Of a stretch of DNA of 64,000 nucleotides, positions 25,681 through 38,344 are shown piece by piece (within the stretch, counting starts at the first letter, position 1; every line of letters starts with the position of its first letter). Position numbers and translations under genes: made by a program. Under the pieces are notes generated by a model. The model was not told where the DNA came from. It made no database searches and was given only the letters and a program-made list of their open reading frames with translations. The DNA comes from Phoronis australis. Lineage: Eukaryota > Animalia > Phoronida. The stretch covers positions 310,001 to 374,000 of the forward strand of contig NMRA01000130.1 of NCBI GenBank assembly GCA_002633005.1, read 5' to 3'.

Positions 25681-27021
25681 TTTAATATTTAATTTTGACT
25701 CTATGTTCACAACCAGGCGCACTCTGCGTAATAACTCATTTGTTGAAATTTGACGTACGATGTTTGATTGATCGCGAACGTGTATGTGTACTGACCGCTC
25801 TCAACACCACAGGCACAGCCTCGGACTCGGCCCAGGTGTGATCAAAGGATCTGTTTGTATTATGGTCCAGTGCCATATAGAGTAGTTGGTTAACAGAGTT
25901 CTTTGCTCTTGAATTATGGGGTTTAATGTAGGAAGATCTCCAAGCTCAAACACAGCCCAAACATTTCTGTATACTGTATAGATACGTTTTAGTTAGTTTG
26001 GTTCTATGACAAATAACTTTTATTTCTTTTTGGGGAAGACATATGTAATCACCATTGAGGTGTCATTTGAATTCAGTGCCAGTGGGATGTTTATTATTAG
26101 TTGTTATTTTTGATTTTTAATAATGTGGCTGCTGAATGGCACTGAACTTTTACTTTTTACAAATTTTGAATAATTCATAGTGAAAACCTCAAATTCATAC
26201 AGGATTAAGGTAATTAACAAAATACTCCTTTTTACATGATTGATTCACCGGTGTCAATCTATGTTATGAACCTAATGAAAATGAAATAAATCATGTCTTT
26301 ATGTAGATGGATGAAAAGGGGGTTTCCCGTATCCATAATCAGGAAAAAGAAAAAATACTGGTAACATATCGATTAAAGTCGTATGTGGGCGTTTTTCTCT
26401 GAAAACTGTTGTTGGGCTCATCATGTGCACCTCACTGTTCTACAGTGCTTGGCGTGATGCGTACAGTTCAAAACCACTGATAAAAACATCTTGCTGTGCG
26501 TTGTCTGTAAACCTCTAATATTACTTGTTCGATTAAATCTTAAAAGCAAAAGTTTGTGGACTAAACAGTATCCCTTTTCGTTCCAATGTAGGAAATGTGT
26601 ATTTGCTGTACTTTCAAAACAATGTAATTGATTGGTTTTGGATGCTGTGGGACATGAGCAAAATTTATCGTGAAAATCCTTCAAGTTGAGACGGAAGGAA
26701 TTGGTAAAGTTGTCATTTTTATATTTTTCAGAGGCATACTACAAATGCTCAAAATTTTATCAAATGTAGTTTGGTGACAGCTTAGCAATTCATACTAGGC
26801 AAAAAGCAAAATAAATTTTCTTGAAAATTACATTTGTTGAGAAATTTCAAAACTTCAGCTGTGTTTCAAACTGAAGAAATTTTTTGAGGCCTTACCGAAT
26901 TGCTGGCTTGAGAATTATGGTAGTTCTTGTCTTCTTGACATATTTTAGCTCAAGATATAGTGAACAATTAAAATGTCATCAAAATTCTCAACACAAATAA
27001 AGATTGCAAATATTTCTAAAT

Positions 27022-27131
27022 GTGGTCAGCACGCCACCTTTGGCCACATCACGTGACCTAATGAATATAAGTCCGAAAAGATTTCTGCCCCATCAGGAAC
27101 TTGAACCCGGGACCTTCTGCTAACCGTGCAC
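27022..27131 (-). mobile_element. Truncated copy of the same tRNA-derived SINE
   Basis: cacgccacctttggccacatcacgtgacctaatgaa...gaacccgggaccttctgctaaccgtgca matches 20990-21091. Confidence 0.75.
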
Positions 27132-29683
27132 ATTTTCATGCCGGGTTAAGATTTATGTATGTATATGTATTTATAGAAAATAAAGATTAAGAAAATTTTG
27201 TTTAAATCGGTATACATATAGTTTTCTCTTATAAACTATGCCACAGTCCCTTATAATATATTTAAGTAACAGTAAGGTAACATGAGAGCAAACCTATGTG
27301 AAAGCTGAATACTCCTTCATAATAAATGAATTTTAGTTTATCAGAAGCTTGGTTTGTAAGTATTGATGTCATAAAAACATTTAGGCAAATTTCAATCTTT
27401 TACAACAAGGCAATTGTCAGCCGTTGAAGAATAGAAAAAATGACTAATTTGGCAATTATTTTTTGTGCGAGATAGATAAGAATTCCAGTTGCTATTAATT
27501 TCTTTAAAAATGGCATGACTTGGCCTACTATATAGTGTCCTCACAAAATTAAAAACCTGCAGGTGTAAAAAGTGGTAACTAGGTAAGATTTTTTTGTTAA
27601 AGGTTTCAAAACTGGGACTGGCGTTCTCAGAATTTGGTGAAAATTTCAAACCTTGTAGCTTCCAGAGTTCTTTTGTGATGAATAAATGGAATTTAATCCA
27701 TTGTGCTCGTTTTCCCCTCTTAAATAAATCCTTTGCTTACGATTTGAAAAGATGCTTGAGTAATGTCAGAACTTTGGCCTTACTTATCAAAAATTTTCAT
27801 CTTCGCCTTTTATCAGGTATTTACATACATATTTGCACAAGTCATTCACCTGGTGATGGAGGGTAATAAAAGTGACTGTAACCACATATAGCCAGGGTGT
27901 GAAGGAGTCTTGTGTGCTTAGCAAAGCCTTCGATGACCTGCTCACAAGATCACTGACTGAGGCCTTCTACCAAGGTGCTTGATGAAACACCCGTGTGTAA
28001 ATTATCCGAACTCTGGTTTGTGCTCACTATACACCTATTCAGACAAAATGACTCAGAATTCCCCCCTTTCATGAATCACCGTCATGGTAACTTTTTCATG
28101 AGAAATGAACATAATGGAGGGGAATTATCAGAAAAGTTAGTAAGATGGCTAATCCATTCTGAAATTAGATTGTTGCCGCCATAATAGTCAATACCAGTCA
28201 TTTTTGTTGTTAACCCGTTTACCGTAGCAACATGAGGAGGAACTGGTAGCTTGCGTGATTAACTGTGTCATGTATTCTAACTTGCATGACTATCCAGATG
28301 GGCAGTTACTATCAGTGCAATTTGTCCCATAGTGAACAAGATTGGACGAGTAGAAACTGACAGTGCCTGATACAGGCATGTCCCGCATGTTGAGAACCAG
28401 TTTTCTTCACAGAATACTGAGCATCAAACTGGTTCTCAAAATCCAGGACCCCTGTAAGTGACTTTTGCCGGCATATCAATTTCCACCTTTTCAAGGTACT
28501 GTAGTACAACGTGTACCTAATGTACCTGTTTCTGTGTAGACATAAGTGCTGTTGAGAAAATAATGATCATCAATACACTTGTGAAACTTAATATATGTAC
28601 TTTTCTTTTGTGATGTGCCGTAGACATTTTTTCATTATATCAGTGGTAGATTTGTCATATGGAAGCTCAGCTGATCTGGGGAGGTAGGTATCCAAATAAT
28701 ACAAAAGTTAATTCGTCTGAATTTCATAGCTTTTGGCCGAACTGATAACACTAGTTGTCTGGTTAAATGCCCTGCTGAAATTGCTCCACCAAGTTACGCG
28801 TAAATATCCTGTTTTCTGAAAAGGTCGATAAGACCTTGGTGCACTTATGTAGGTGGTGATTTTCAGGCATCTGACTGTGCCAGCCTGACTGGTGACTTTC
28901 TTGGCAAATGGTCTGCAAGTTAGTGTTCCTTTTCCATGAGTGGCATAAATGCCAGAAAAATGTGTCAACCGCGTGGGTAATTTTCACCAACAGTTAATTT
29001 TTATTTCACCTCCTTACCCATAAGAAAAAATTGGTATTACAGCATGTTCACGCAGTGAAATACCCGGTAAGTTTATTAGGACAATGATGAACAAAGATCT
29101 CCTGTGCACGATGTGTGTCAGTTGAAATAAGCGGCCGTGCTACAAAAATGCTAGTACAAATGCCACCATTTTTAGCGTAACTCGAACTACCAGCAAAGCG
29201 CTACCAAAAGTGACTCTTTGTAACCGTTCACATTTTTATTTACTCGCTAGTGTATTTAGTCAAATATCTACTATAATAAGATTTTAACTGAACAAAAATA
29301 TTTCATATATTTTTTAACATAGATAGCCTGTAAAATTTGATTTTTGTCTTTGTACCAATCTGCCTTTGATTGAGTCACGTGACCATGTGTTTTTAGTAAA
29401 ATGTAGCAACAAAGAGAAATACTTTCTTAACGAAACAACTGTGTCATTAACGCTTCCAAATTTCATTTGATTGTAAATGTTTACGATGAAATCTCAGGAA
29501 TGCTGTTACATTTTTAAAATCATTCCATTTTCTTCATTTTTGGGAACAGCGCAAAAAGCATGGCATCTGAAAGTTTCGTTTAAATCTGACCAATTAGATG
29601 TGATTATCTGAAGTTTGCCACCAAATTTGCGAATTTTTCTGGTGTCCGATATAACCTTAACTGGTATTTTCACAAAAGTGCAA

Positions 29684-29850
29684 GCGGAAATGCTAACGGA
29701 AATGCTAGAGAAAATGTTAGCGGAAATGCTAGCAGAAATTCAGAGAAAATGTTAGCGGAAATGTTAGCGGAAATGCAGAGAAAATGTTAGCGGAAATGCT
29801 AGCGGAAATGCTAACGGAAATACTATCGGAAATGCTATCGGAAATGCTAC
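29684..29850. repeat. 12-bp minisatellite (gcggaaatgcta)n
   Basis: direct reading, degenerate copies. Confidence 0.9.
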
Positions 29851-30161
29851 TGTTTTAAGAGAGTTTGTTAACAGAGCATTGTACAGGTTTTATTGGTAAT
29901 CATGAAGACAGCTGTTATTCCATTTATTATATTATCTAGTTAAAAACCTAAGCTGTGGAAATTAGCACCAGGGATGCTTGTTGTGCGAGTGGTTCCTATT
30001 GATTTTTTCGGTGTTGAACTTCTATTGGTGTGATAAAATTCTTCCCATCACAATTTCAAGGTACAGTAATGAGACAATTTATTAGTCTATGTCTTTTGTC
30101 TCTCCGTCTTGATTTGTTTGACAGGACTTTACGAGCTTGCGGTTGGTGCAAGGGAGTGTTG

Positions 30162-30451
30162 AGGTCCGTTTCATGAAAAGCAACTTAACGACTCCATAAG
30201 ACAGAAATTTGGTCTTGCCTTCTCGCGCAACTATTTTTTATAAAGAGATTAATCACTTCATGAGCAAAATTAAAAAGTCTCCGAGAATATACACACAACA
30301 GCTAGTTACTAAGATAATTTCTATAAATTATTTCTAGACTTTGAGGCGCTAGTAATCACTTGGCTGAGTTTTTTTTTCAGCAGTTCTGGAGTGGGAATGC
30401 ATGACCAAATTTCTGTCTTGAAGTCTTAAGTGACTTTCATGAAACGGACCC
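30162..30451. mobile_element. MITE with ~60-bp TIRs (Harbinger-like GG termini)
   Basis: GGTCCGTTTCATGAAA...AAGACAGAAATTTGGTC versus GACCAAATTTCTGTCTT...TTTCATGAAACGGACC; a related end lies at 37783. Confidence 0.75.
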
Positions 30452-32929
30452 CTTTGGAAATATCTGTTATAAGTTTTCCCAGCCAGTTTGGAACTCGTGT
30501 GGCTGTGGTAGATTATTGAAGCCGAATCTGGTGGTTTGAATGGAAAATTGGGTGCAAATGTCATACGAAATTGCCTCTTCTAACCTTAGTGGTAAGAAAC
30601 TTAGGGAACAGAGTAGCGGCAATACAGTCAATGTCAAGTCCATCTTCCATGGAAAAGAAAGAAAAATACGGCATTCATTTTTAAATATGTGACCAACTTT
30701 TGAAAGAGCTCTCATTTTTAATCACCAGATTGTTCCTCATGTATAAAATGGCTATACTCTCAATGCCTGTTATTTTTGTAGTATAAAGTCTAGATATGTT
30801 GCCACTAATATCTCAACAGTGCCTTCCATTATCCATCCCGTCTCTGATACACTGGGGTACCAGATAATTATGTCTTTGACGAAGGCTTGTCATCATTTTA
30901 AGCCCGGGAATCAATCTCTACCATGCAAAGAATATATGGGAAATTATTAATCTCTCATTCATTCATCACTGTCTATGACAGCTCTGTACCTTGTCAACCT
31001 ATTTGTCAAGTTGTCTGGACTATGGTTGTTGTGGTAAAATTGGTGACCTTGCTTTTCACCCCTCTAACCAACCGCAAATGACGCAAAGCACTCCCACAAA
31101 AATGCCCTTTTCTGTTTGTCTATTGTGGGTCTGTCAAGTGTCCTCCACACACAGGCTTGCCCTAGAGCAAGAAACTCCTGGAAGGAGTTGTCGCTAGGTT
31201 TGAGTGCAGTCAGGACTTTTATGGTAGGCCTACATCTAAGTTGTGTGGTTAAAGTGACTAATAAGCCCAACTGGGCTGGGTACTTATCTTTCTTACCAAT
31301 GTTATACCTATAACTGTTTGAATTAATTGTACTTGTCACTAAAATAAATAAATACTAGTACTACTACTACACCACTTGTGTCAACTTACTCCAGGTGGGG
31401 TAACTTGTTTCTAGGGTAACATTTTGAGAGCTATTTTTGTAGGATATGACTGAATAATTACTGTATGTAACAAATATTTCATTTCTTTGAAGAAAAAGAA
31501 TCGCAAATGCGAACATCCTATTTTTCAAAATCTGGTCCCATATCTTTTTAATACCTTCCAAGCATTGGCAACAGATGTAGAGTGTCAACCAAGCTCAGGT
31601 TATGAAACAAGAGTTTGCTTATTGTCCATTTTGTGTGGTAAACAGGAGAAAATTTACCTTAACCCCCTTCTCACTACCCAGGCTTGTTATTTATTCGTCC
31701 ATTGGATACCCAGTATGTACTCCGTGGACGCGAGAACCTTGCAGAAACGCAAGACTTCGCGAGATATCGCCATGTATTACAAGCGAAGCACGTGATCACG
31801 CTAGCTTTCTTTGTGAGACTACTCGAACCTGACCAGCTGTAGCTGATAATCTTGATCCTGCAGTCAATTGAATAAAAAACCACAGTCTGAGAGTAGTTCA
31901 CTACACATGAGATAGGGGTACCTTTTATTCCGTGTTGCTGTCTATTTAATGTTGTGTAGGTGTTGTTGAATGTAGAGCATGCTATGGTGGTAAATTTTAC
32001 TTTTATTCAATTTATTAACAAAAGAAATTTGAATAAAATTGTGCATCCGTGTTATCGCAGTTGGTAGTACACAGCTGGCACTGAACAATGCACGTTGAAA
32101 TTCTGAGCAAATTTAGTACGGTAATTAAAATCTCTGCAATTTAGAGGATAAGATGGGAGTCGATTGAAATTTAGTTTTTCATTTTTATAAAAGACTAGTT
32201 GTAGCATCAAACAAGGTTTTGAAAAAGTGATGGCATTCATAGCGAAATAACAATTTTTATTTATATCCGCTGGTAATTTGTTGTATCCCCTCGATGCGGC
32301 GATTATGAAAAATATTTAAAAATCATGCTAAAATCCGCTCATCATGCCCAAAAATTCCCCTTCAATGATTGTTAGGATCACTTCCACAAAGTGTCAGTTG
32401 GCTTCTTGAGGCATTGCCAGTGAGGGGTGGCGACTGTCGGTGTAACTGGTGCTGACCAGAGGGGCGCAAATTTTCCCTTATACAAAAAAATATTCTCCGA
32501 AGGCATACGCACTTTCTCCTCAGGTGAGTGAGGACCCTGATCTTTGAGGTAGTTTAAATCCGTTCTTGGAAATGTCACAGGAAATGCGCTGAGAAACAGC
32601 ACAAGAAGAAATTAATTAGACAAAACAACGTTTCCTGTCACGACGGCTAATTCTGTTAACAGCAAAAATGACTTGGTAATGACTGAGGATACGCAAATTA
32701 TAATTACAGAGCGGCTTAGCCACATTACTAACTTTCCTGTTACTTCCCCTCCCTTTTCGGTCATGACGAACGGCTACTACGGTGATGAATTTCGGCATCT
32801 GTCCAGCGGGAGAATTACTGGTCGTTTTGACTGAATACTTTTGGCTTGTCAAACTTGTCAGTTCATAAACCCTTGTAGCGTCATGGACACTTTTCTCCTG
32901 CACATACGTGTCCTTTGAAGTGAGTCAGG

Positions 32930-33325
32930 TTTGACTTTGAAGAACTAGCAAAAGTAGGTTCACATGAGTGGCGATGGCTCGCAGAGGACAGCTCATCTGT
33001 CTGGCTAAAATGCTAGCCTTGTATCCAGTCAGAGGAGCTGTCCTCTTTCCTATTCGTATATGGCAAGTGGTCTGGCTACGAAAGGGCTAGGAAAAACATC
33101 AACAGTTTTAAGTTAACTCAAACCCCTGGTGAAGCGCCAGCAAAAGTAACATTTGTAACCATTCATATTTCCGGCGTTTTTGCTACTAGCAAAAGTGCTC
33201 GGGAAGACACTATCATTTTAGCCAGTTTGTAAATGGAACAGAACTACCAACCACTGTTCACGTAACTGGCGGCACTACTGAAAGTGCTGGTGAAACGCTT
33301 CTGCTTTAGCCCATTTAGTGAAGAG
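32930..33325 (+). repeat. Dispersed repeat with ccagcaaaagt motifs (related copies at about 29135-29230 and 35085-35245)
   Basis: Shared ccagcaaaagtaac..t and cattttagccag...tttgt.aatgg segments. Confidence 0.5.
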
Positions 33326-36300
33326 GATGTGACTGCAAAATGGATTGTGTTGTGGCAGTCAGGGGGAGTTGAAGGATGAGGTCTCTTTCATAAAATGGGT
33401 TGTGTGTGCTATTGCTCATTCAAAATACATACCAATGTAAGAGTGTTTTAGTGACTTGTTGTCGCATTGCCGCTAAGGAAATTAAAAAAAAATATCAAAA
33501 AGAAATTGATGTGAAGCCAGTAAAATCAATTCTATGATCATGCTAGAACTATTCACGTAAATCAGGTGAAGTGTCCTGGGCTTCTTACAAATCTTCGGCT
33601 AGTAGCGTGTGACAGCACCAGCTATTGTTAGCTGACCAAACCAAACCTGCTTGTTTTGATCCGGTCTCGCTTGCTGTCACAGCGAACAGCCTTGTCCGAA
33701 TTCACCGACAACCTCACTCAAATCCGCTTAATCAATTCTGAAAATTCTACCATTCTCATTATTACGATGTCACCTGATATGATGCTAAGTTGCAACTGCA
33801 TTGCTAAGCAAATGTCTGAGACAGTACCAGAAGGCAAATTACCCCTATAATCAAAGACACTGCATAGATGAATTTCTCCTCCAAAGTGAAATCAAAGGCT
33901 AGTTAGTTACCCGCCTGGCACATCCCTGTACTAATTCTTTCTGTGGGAACTCTGAGGCTGCAGATTTGTTTCCGTTTTTCTCTTCCTACCAGTGAAACAT
34001 TGTGCATTATTTCACAGTAAATGAAAGGCCTTAACTCTTGCATACGAAACTATTTTTGGCAGTGCTTGTTATAAGTCAACTGTTAAGATTTTATGTTTAG
34101 TATTGTTCACAGCTGTGTTTACAATCTACACCTTTGCTATATATAGGTCTTTGTGACAATCTGTGAATTGTTAGTGGTGTGTGAGTGGCGGTTGGAAGAA
34201 AACAGTTACTTTTTGCACAGACACTTGTTGTTCGTAGCTTTTTTCTGTTTGATTGTATACATTTCACAAAACCTTTATGTACAGAGCCACAGATTCATTT
34301 ATTCGTTTGTGACATGCACTGACTAGCCTAGTGCCACTCTCCCTCCAAAGTCATAGTTCTCAGTCACCTGTTTTTGAGAGTTTTGGTCAGTCTGAAAGCT
34401 TCAATCCCATCCTGCCTGCCATGGCAACTCCTGGCAAAATGTTGGATTTACGACATTCCCCTGCTGTGTAGAAGATTAAATCCATTCCCCTACCCATTAA
34501 TAGCTAGCGGCACTCAACACAGAAGTTTAATCCAGAGATTGGCTAGAGAGGAATCGATGAGAATTAGGTAGGGTAGTTAGGAAGGAACTTCAATAGAGTT
34601 TCTGTCATAGGCAAGTGACTTGTTGACAAGGCAAGTAAGCAGCGAGTTTGGAAAATGTCAATGGGAAGTCATTGTAAATTTCCTTCAGCCTCTAATAATT
34701 CAATTCTATGAATAATTTCTTGCCGTTTCCCCGACATGGGTAAGAGAAATATTGTTGAGGGTTTTTGGGGTTCCTATATGGGATGTTGGTAAGGAGGTCC
34801 CAGGTGCTAACAGGTATCATCTTGTGTAAGTATATTACCTTCTCAAATATAGTCTTATACTTGGTTGACATGAGTGGTGTAAATGCTTGTAGTTGAACAG
34901 GCTAAAAACACTGGTAAAAACGTTAACGATTTCATTAGCCGGGTGGACAAATGATCTCACCACCTGGATCACTTGAGCAAAGATGGATATCAAAACGTGT
35001 TCAATCTTCACCATAAATTGATTAATACGATGATAAAAAAAGGGCTCTTTCACCTGCACATGTGTGTTCTTAGAGGTAACCAATCTGGTTACAAAAACGC
35101 CAGCGAAAATGCCAGTGATTTTCAGGTCACTCAAACCACCAGCAAAAGTAACTCTTGAAAGTAAAGGTTCATCCGTACGACTGGTGGCTTCTCTTGAAAG
35201 TGTCTGTGAAAACGTTAACATTTTAGCCAGCCAGTTTGTGAATGGGATTTTAGCTAGGTACTTTGCCCTCTCGCCAGGCATTGTCTTGGTTGGGTATTTT
35301 GTCTTCTCTGACATTGTCTCGGTCAGCTCTTTTGGTTTTGCACGGCATCTTAGGCATTTTGGCTATCGGTGACATCGGCTCCAGTGGGAAACGAGTGAAG
35401 TGTTTCTGTGGGGAGGCGGGGATTATGGTGAAAGTGGTTACCTTTCCATCAACTGGCCTTGTCTTAGACACCCCTTTTCGCTCTGTAGCCCAGGTAATGC
35501 ATTGGTCTAGTGGCACCCCCAGCCGTTATGTGGAAGGCCGCGCCTTGGGCTTGAGGGTTTAAATTGAAATCACTGCTGCAGTGGATATGATGCTGAGGCC
35601 GTGTGAGTTTAGTGCAGGTTAGAGCCCTCAGGTCTTTTGTCACGTGACTTTGAGTAATTAATAACCGTATAATAACTAATCAATATTCAGGTAGGGGCAC
35701 CGTGCAAACAATCTTCAATAATTCATCTGTTTTTCGCCTGACCTTTCCTGTGAATTGATCTGTGTGTGATGCTTCAGTCAATTTGAATTATTTATTTGTT
35801 GGTGTCTGATTTTTTTTGCTTTGTATCTTGATTGGTATCAGTGGAATTCAATCAGTGTGAAGATTTTTTATTTTTATCTTTTTGAATGGTGAGTATGTGG
35901 TTATGAGTAAATTGTTGTGACATTGGATTGCTTTGAATTTGACAAGCACATGTCTTTGACTTGGGCTGTAGGCAAAGATTGATTACATTTTAGAGATTTA
36001 TTAGTTTTGATGAACGGCACTAAAATATGAGCTCCATTGTTTGTATTTTATCAGTTTGAGCTTCCATGTACAGTTTCAGTCTTGATATAAGCATGAGTCT
36101 ATTTAGCGGCAGAACACCCCATAGGTTCACATAAGCCACCTATCGTTAAGCATTTGCTCCTATTCTCATTTCCTAATCTGGTATTGTATGTCTGAAATAT
36201 TTCTATTTGATTTTGAGTCAGTTGAAAACATTCTATAAATACAACTCTTTAACGTTGTGAGAGCACCAAAGTGTGTTTCACTTGACCCAATTTCTAGTGT

Positions 36301-38344
36301 GCAAGATGGCGGAGTTGACAGGGACGAAACTCAACTTCTTTCATTCACGGAAATTTTGAGATGTGCATTTTTGTGCAAGTCGTTTGGCTGTCCCACCACA
36401 CAACAGTGGAAATTTGACAGCGTGATGGACGCAAACAATTCATAAAAATACTGGAAAATCTCCTACTGCATTGAATTCATACAAGAAGGCAGGACGCTCT
36501 CCAACGACTACCCTATCGCCACCTAGCGACAACACGTATTTCATCATGTCGCCGCTCCGTCGGAAGCAACTGTTATTTTTGATGTCGTTCTGTGGTTGCA
36601 GGGCGTTGCTAATTTACGAAGTGTATATTCATGAGCAATTTCACTGACTTGGAAAATACCCTACTCGGGAGAAAACTCATTATCATTATGGTTAAATTAC
36701 AATAAAAGAATAGTGACCCGGATACGCATGCATGAGGGCATAACCAATGTTTTTCGACTGGCACATGCTTGCCTTTTGTTTTTGAGCTATGCAAAGGGAA
36801 TTTGGGCCATGGGAGTCACCATCATTGGCCTCTCACTTAGAATTAACCTTAATCGTAAAATCAAGACAACAGGATCTTTTCCCTGATATTTAGGACATCT
36901 CATCCGTCCGTGTGAGTATACACTTTTGGGCTCATCTCTATAAAGATGAAATTAGACCCCGATGTCCAGGCCAGTATCTTTTTATTGGTCATTTATTTCT
37001 TAGTCTGCACAAAACTTAGTCTGATAAAGGGTTAGTATTAAGTGGTTGATGCTAATTTTAAAGCTGCACTTAGGGCATGAGAAGCATAGCTTGTTCTGGT
37101 TTGTGCCTTGACTCATTTTAAAACACGTGCCTCAATTCTTACCGAAAGTAAGTGCTCACCTTCATCATTTTCAGCTGCGGTTGCCATCTTGTTTGTCACA
37201 AACCACACAAACGCATGCAAACAAGCATTTTGAACGTGGTGTCTTGCCAGGTCAGCCACACTCGCTATACGATCAGACATCAATGGCTCAGTGCCTTTGT
37301 ATGCACAAGTGCCACCACCAACTTCGGAACATCGTATATAGGAAACGGCTGATCGGACTCCTATGAAGCTTTCAGATACTACTGATATGTTTTATGCATA
37401 TTGATGATATCTTTGGTTGTATTTTTTGTGTTGTTGTGTGGTTTTGAGCTGTGGCCATCAGTCATAAACATCACTGATTAATATTAAAATCAACTTTCTT
37501 ATATTAGATGTCATTTGACATGTCTTAAGTTGAAATTAGAACCCATGTTTATTTAATTATGATTATCCAGCTTCATTTAATGAGCTTGGAAACCATTATC
37601 TCCCTGTGTCCATTGCCATCCCTCTGTGGAGACACTGCTGTTGTGTCTTATCCAGTTATAGACTGTTGATACCCTAACTCGTGAACTTTACCTTTAAATA
37701 TGAAATTTATTTATTGTTACTGCTGTTTATGAGTTAAAATTAGGTTTTAATGGTAAAAGAATTGCACATTAGTATCACCTGAGGTCTGTTTCATGAAAAA
37801 TGACTAGAGACAATGGACGTTTTCTCATTAGGGGAACGATCTTTGGCTTATCAGAGCTTCGCCAAAACTTCGGTTACCTTTCTGACTACGCAGCGATATC
37901 GAAATTATCACTATGACAACAGACGATAAAATAAAATATTAGAAAACTTGAAGGAAATGTCGCAAATCGTTGTTTCTTTAATCACCCGCCATTTTGCAGT
38001 TGTGTGCTCGGTAATACTAAACCTACTTGAATGGTATGCGTAATTTATTTCCACCTTGCTCCATTGCCTTGATGCCACTTGTGCCAAATGATTCACAATT
38101 AATTACCTGTTAATTAAGGATCCACTTGGCAGTGCTCGAAAAGTCTACAGAGTTTGGTTTGATCATTCAGATGGTGGTGAAGCGTTTAAAAGTGATCGCC
38201 TTTTTGGCAGTGCACACTATTGCACTATTTGTTGATACTTTTGGGACTTACAGGTTTCATTTGTGCTTCTGCTTCTCGTGTGTAATGAATTACTTTTATA
38301 GTTAATTATGGATTGCCAAAGGGTTCCTAAATGAGTACCTTTCT

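Noticed and set aside
29684-29850. CRISPR-like array
   Set aside because: Head-to-tail minisatellite without unique spacers, in eukaryotic DNA.
32544-32565. let-7-like TGAGGTAGT, and other seed-only matches (miR-34 ~34057, miR-9 ~37410, miR-7 ~44162, miR-1 ~45549, miR-10 ~58342, miR-92 ~60063)
   Set aside because: Only 8-9 nt agree; the 3' halves differ from the conserved mature sequences and no matching star arms were seen.
34835-35562. Overlapping ORFs up to 159 aa on both strands
   Set aside because: No recognisable domain or splice-consistent chain; they overlap a dispersed repeat and hairpins.
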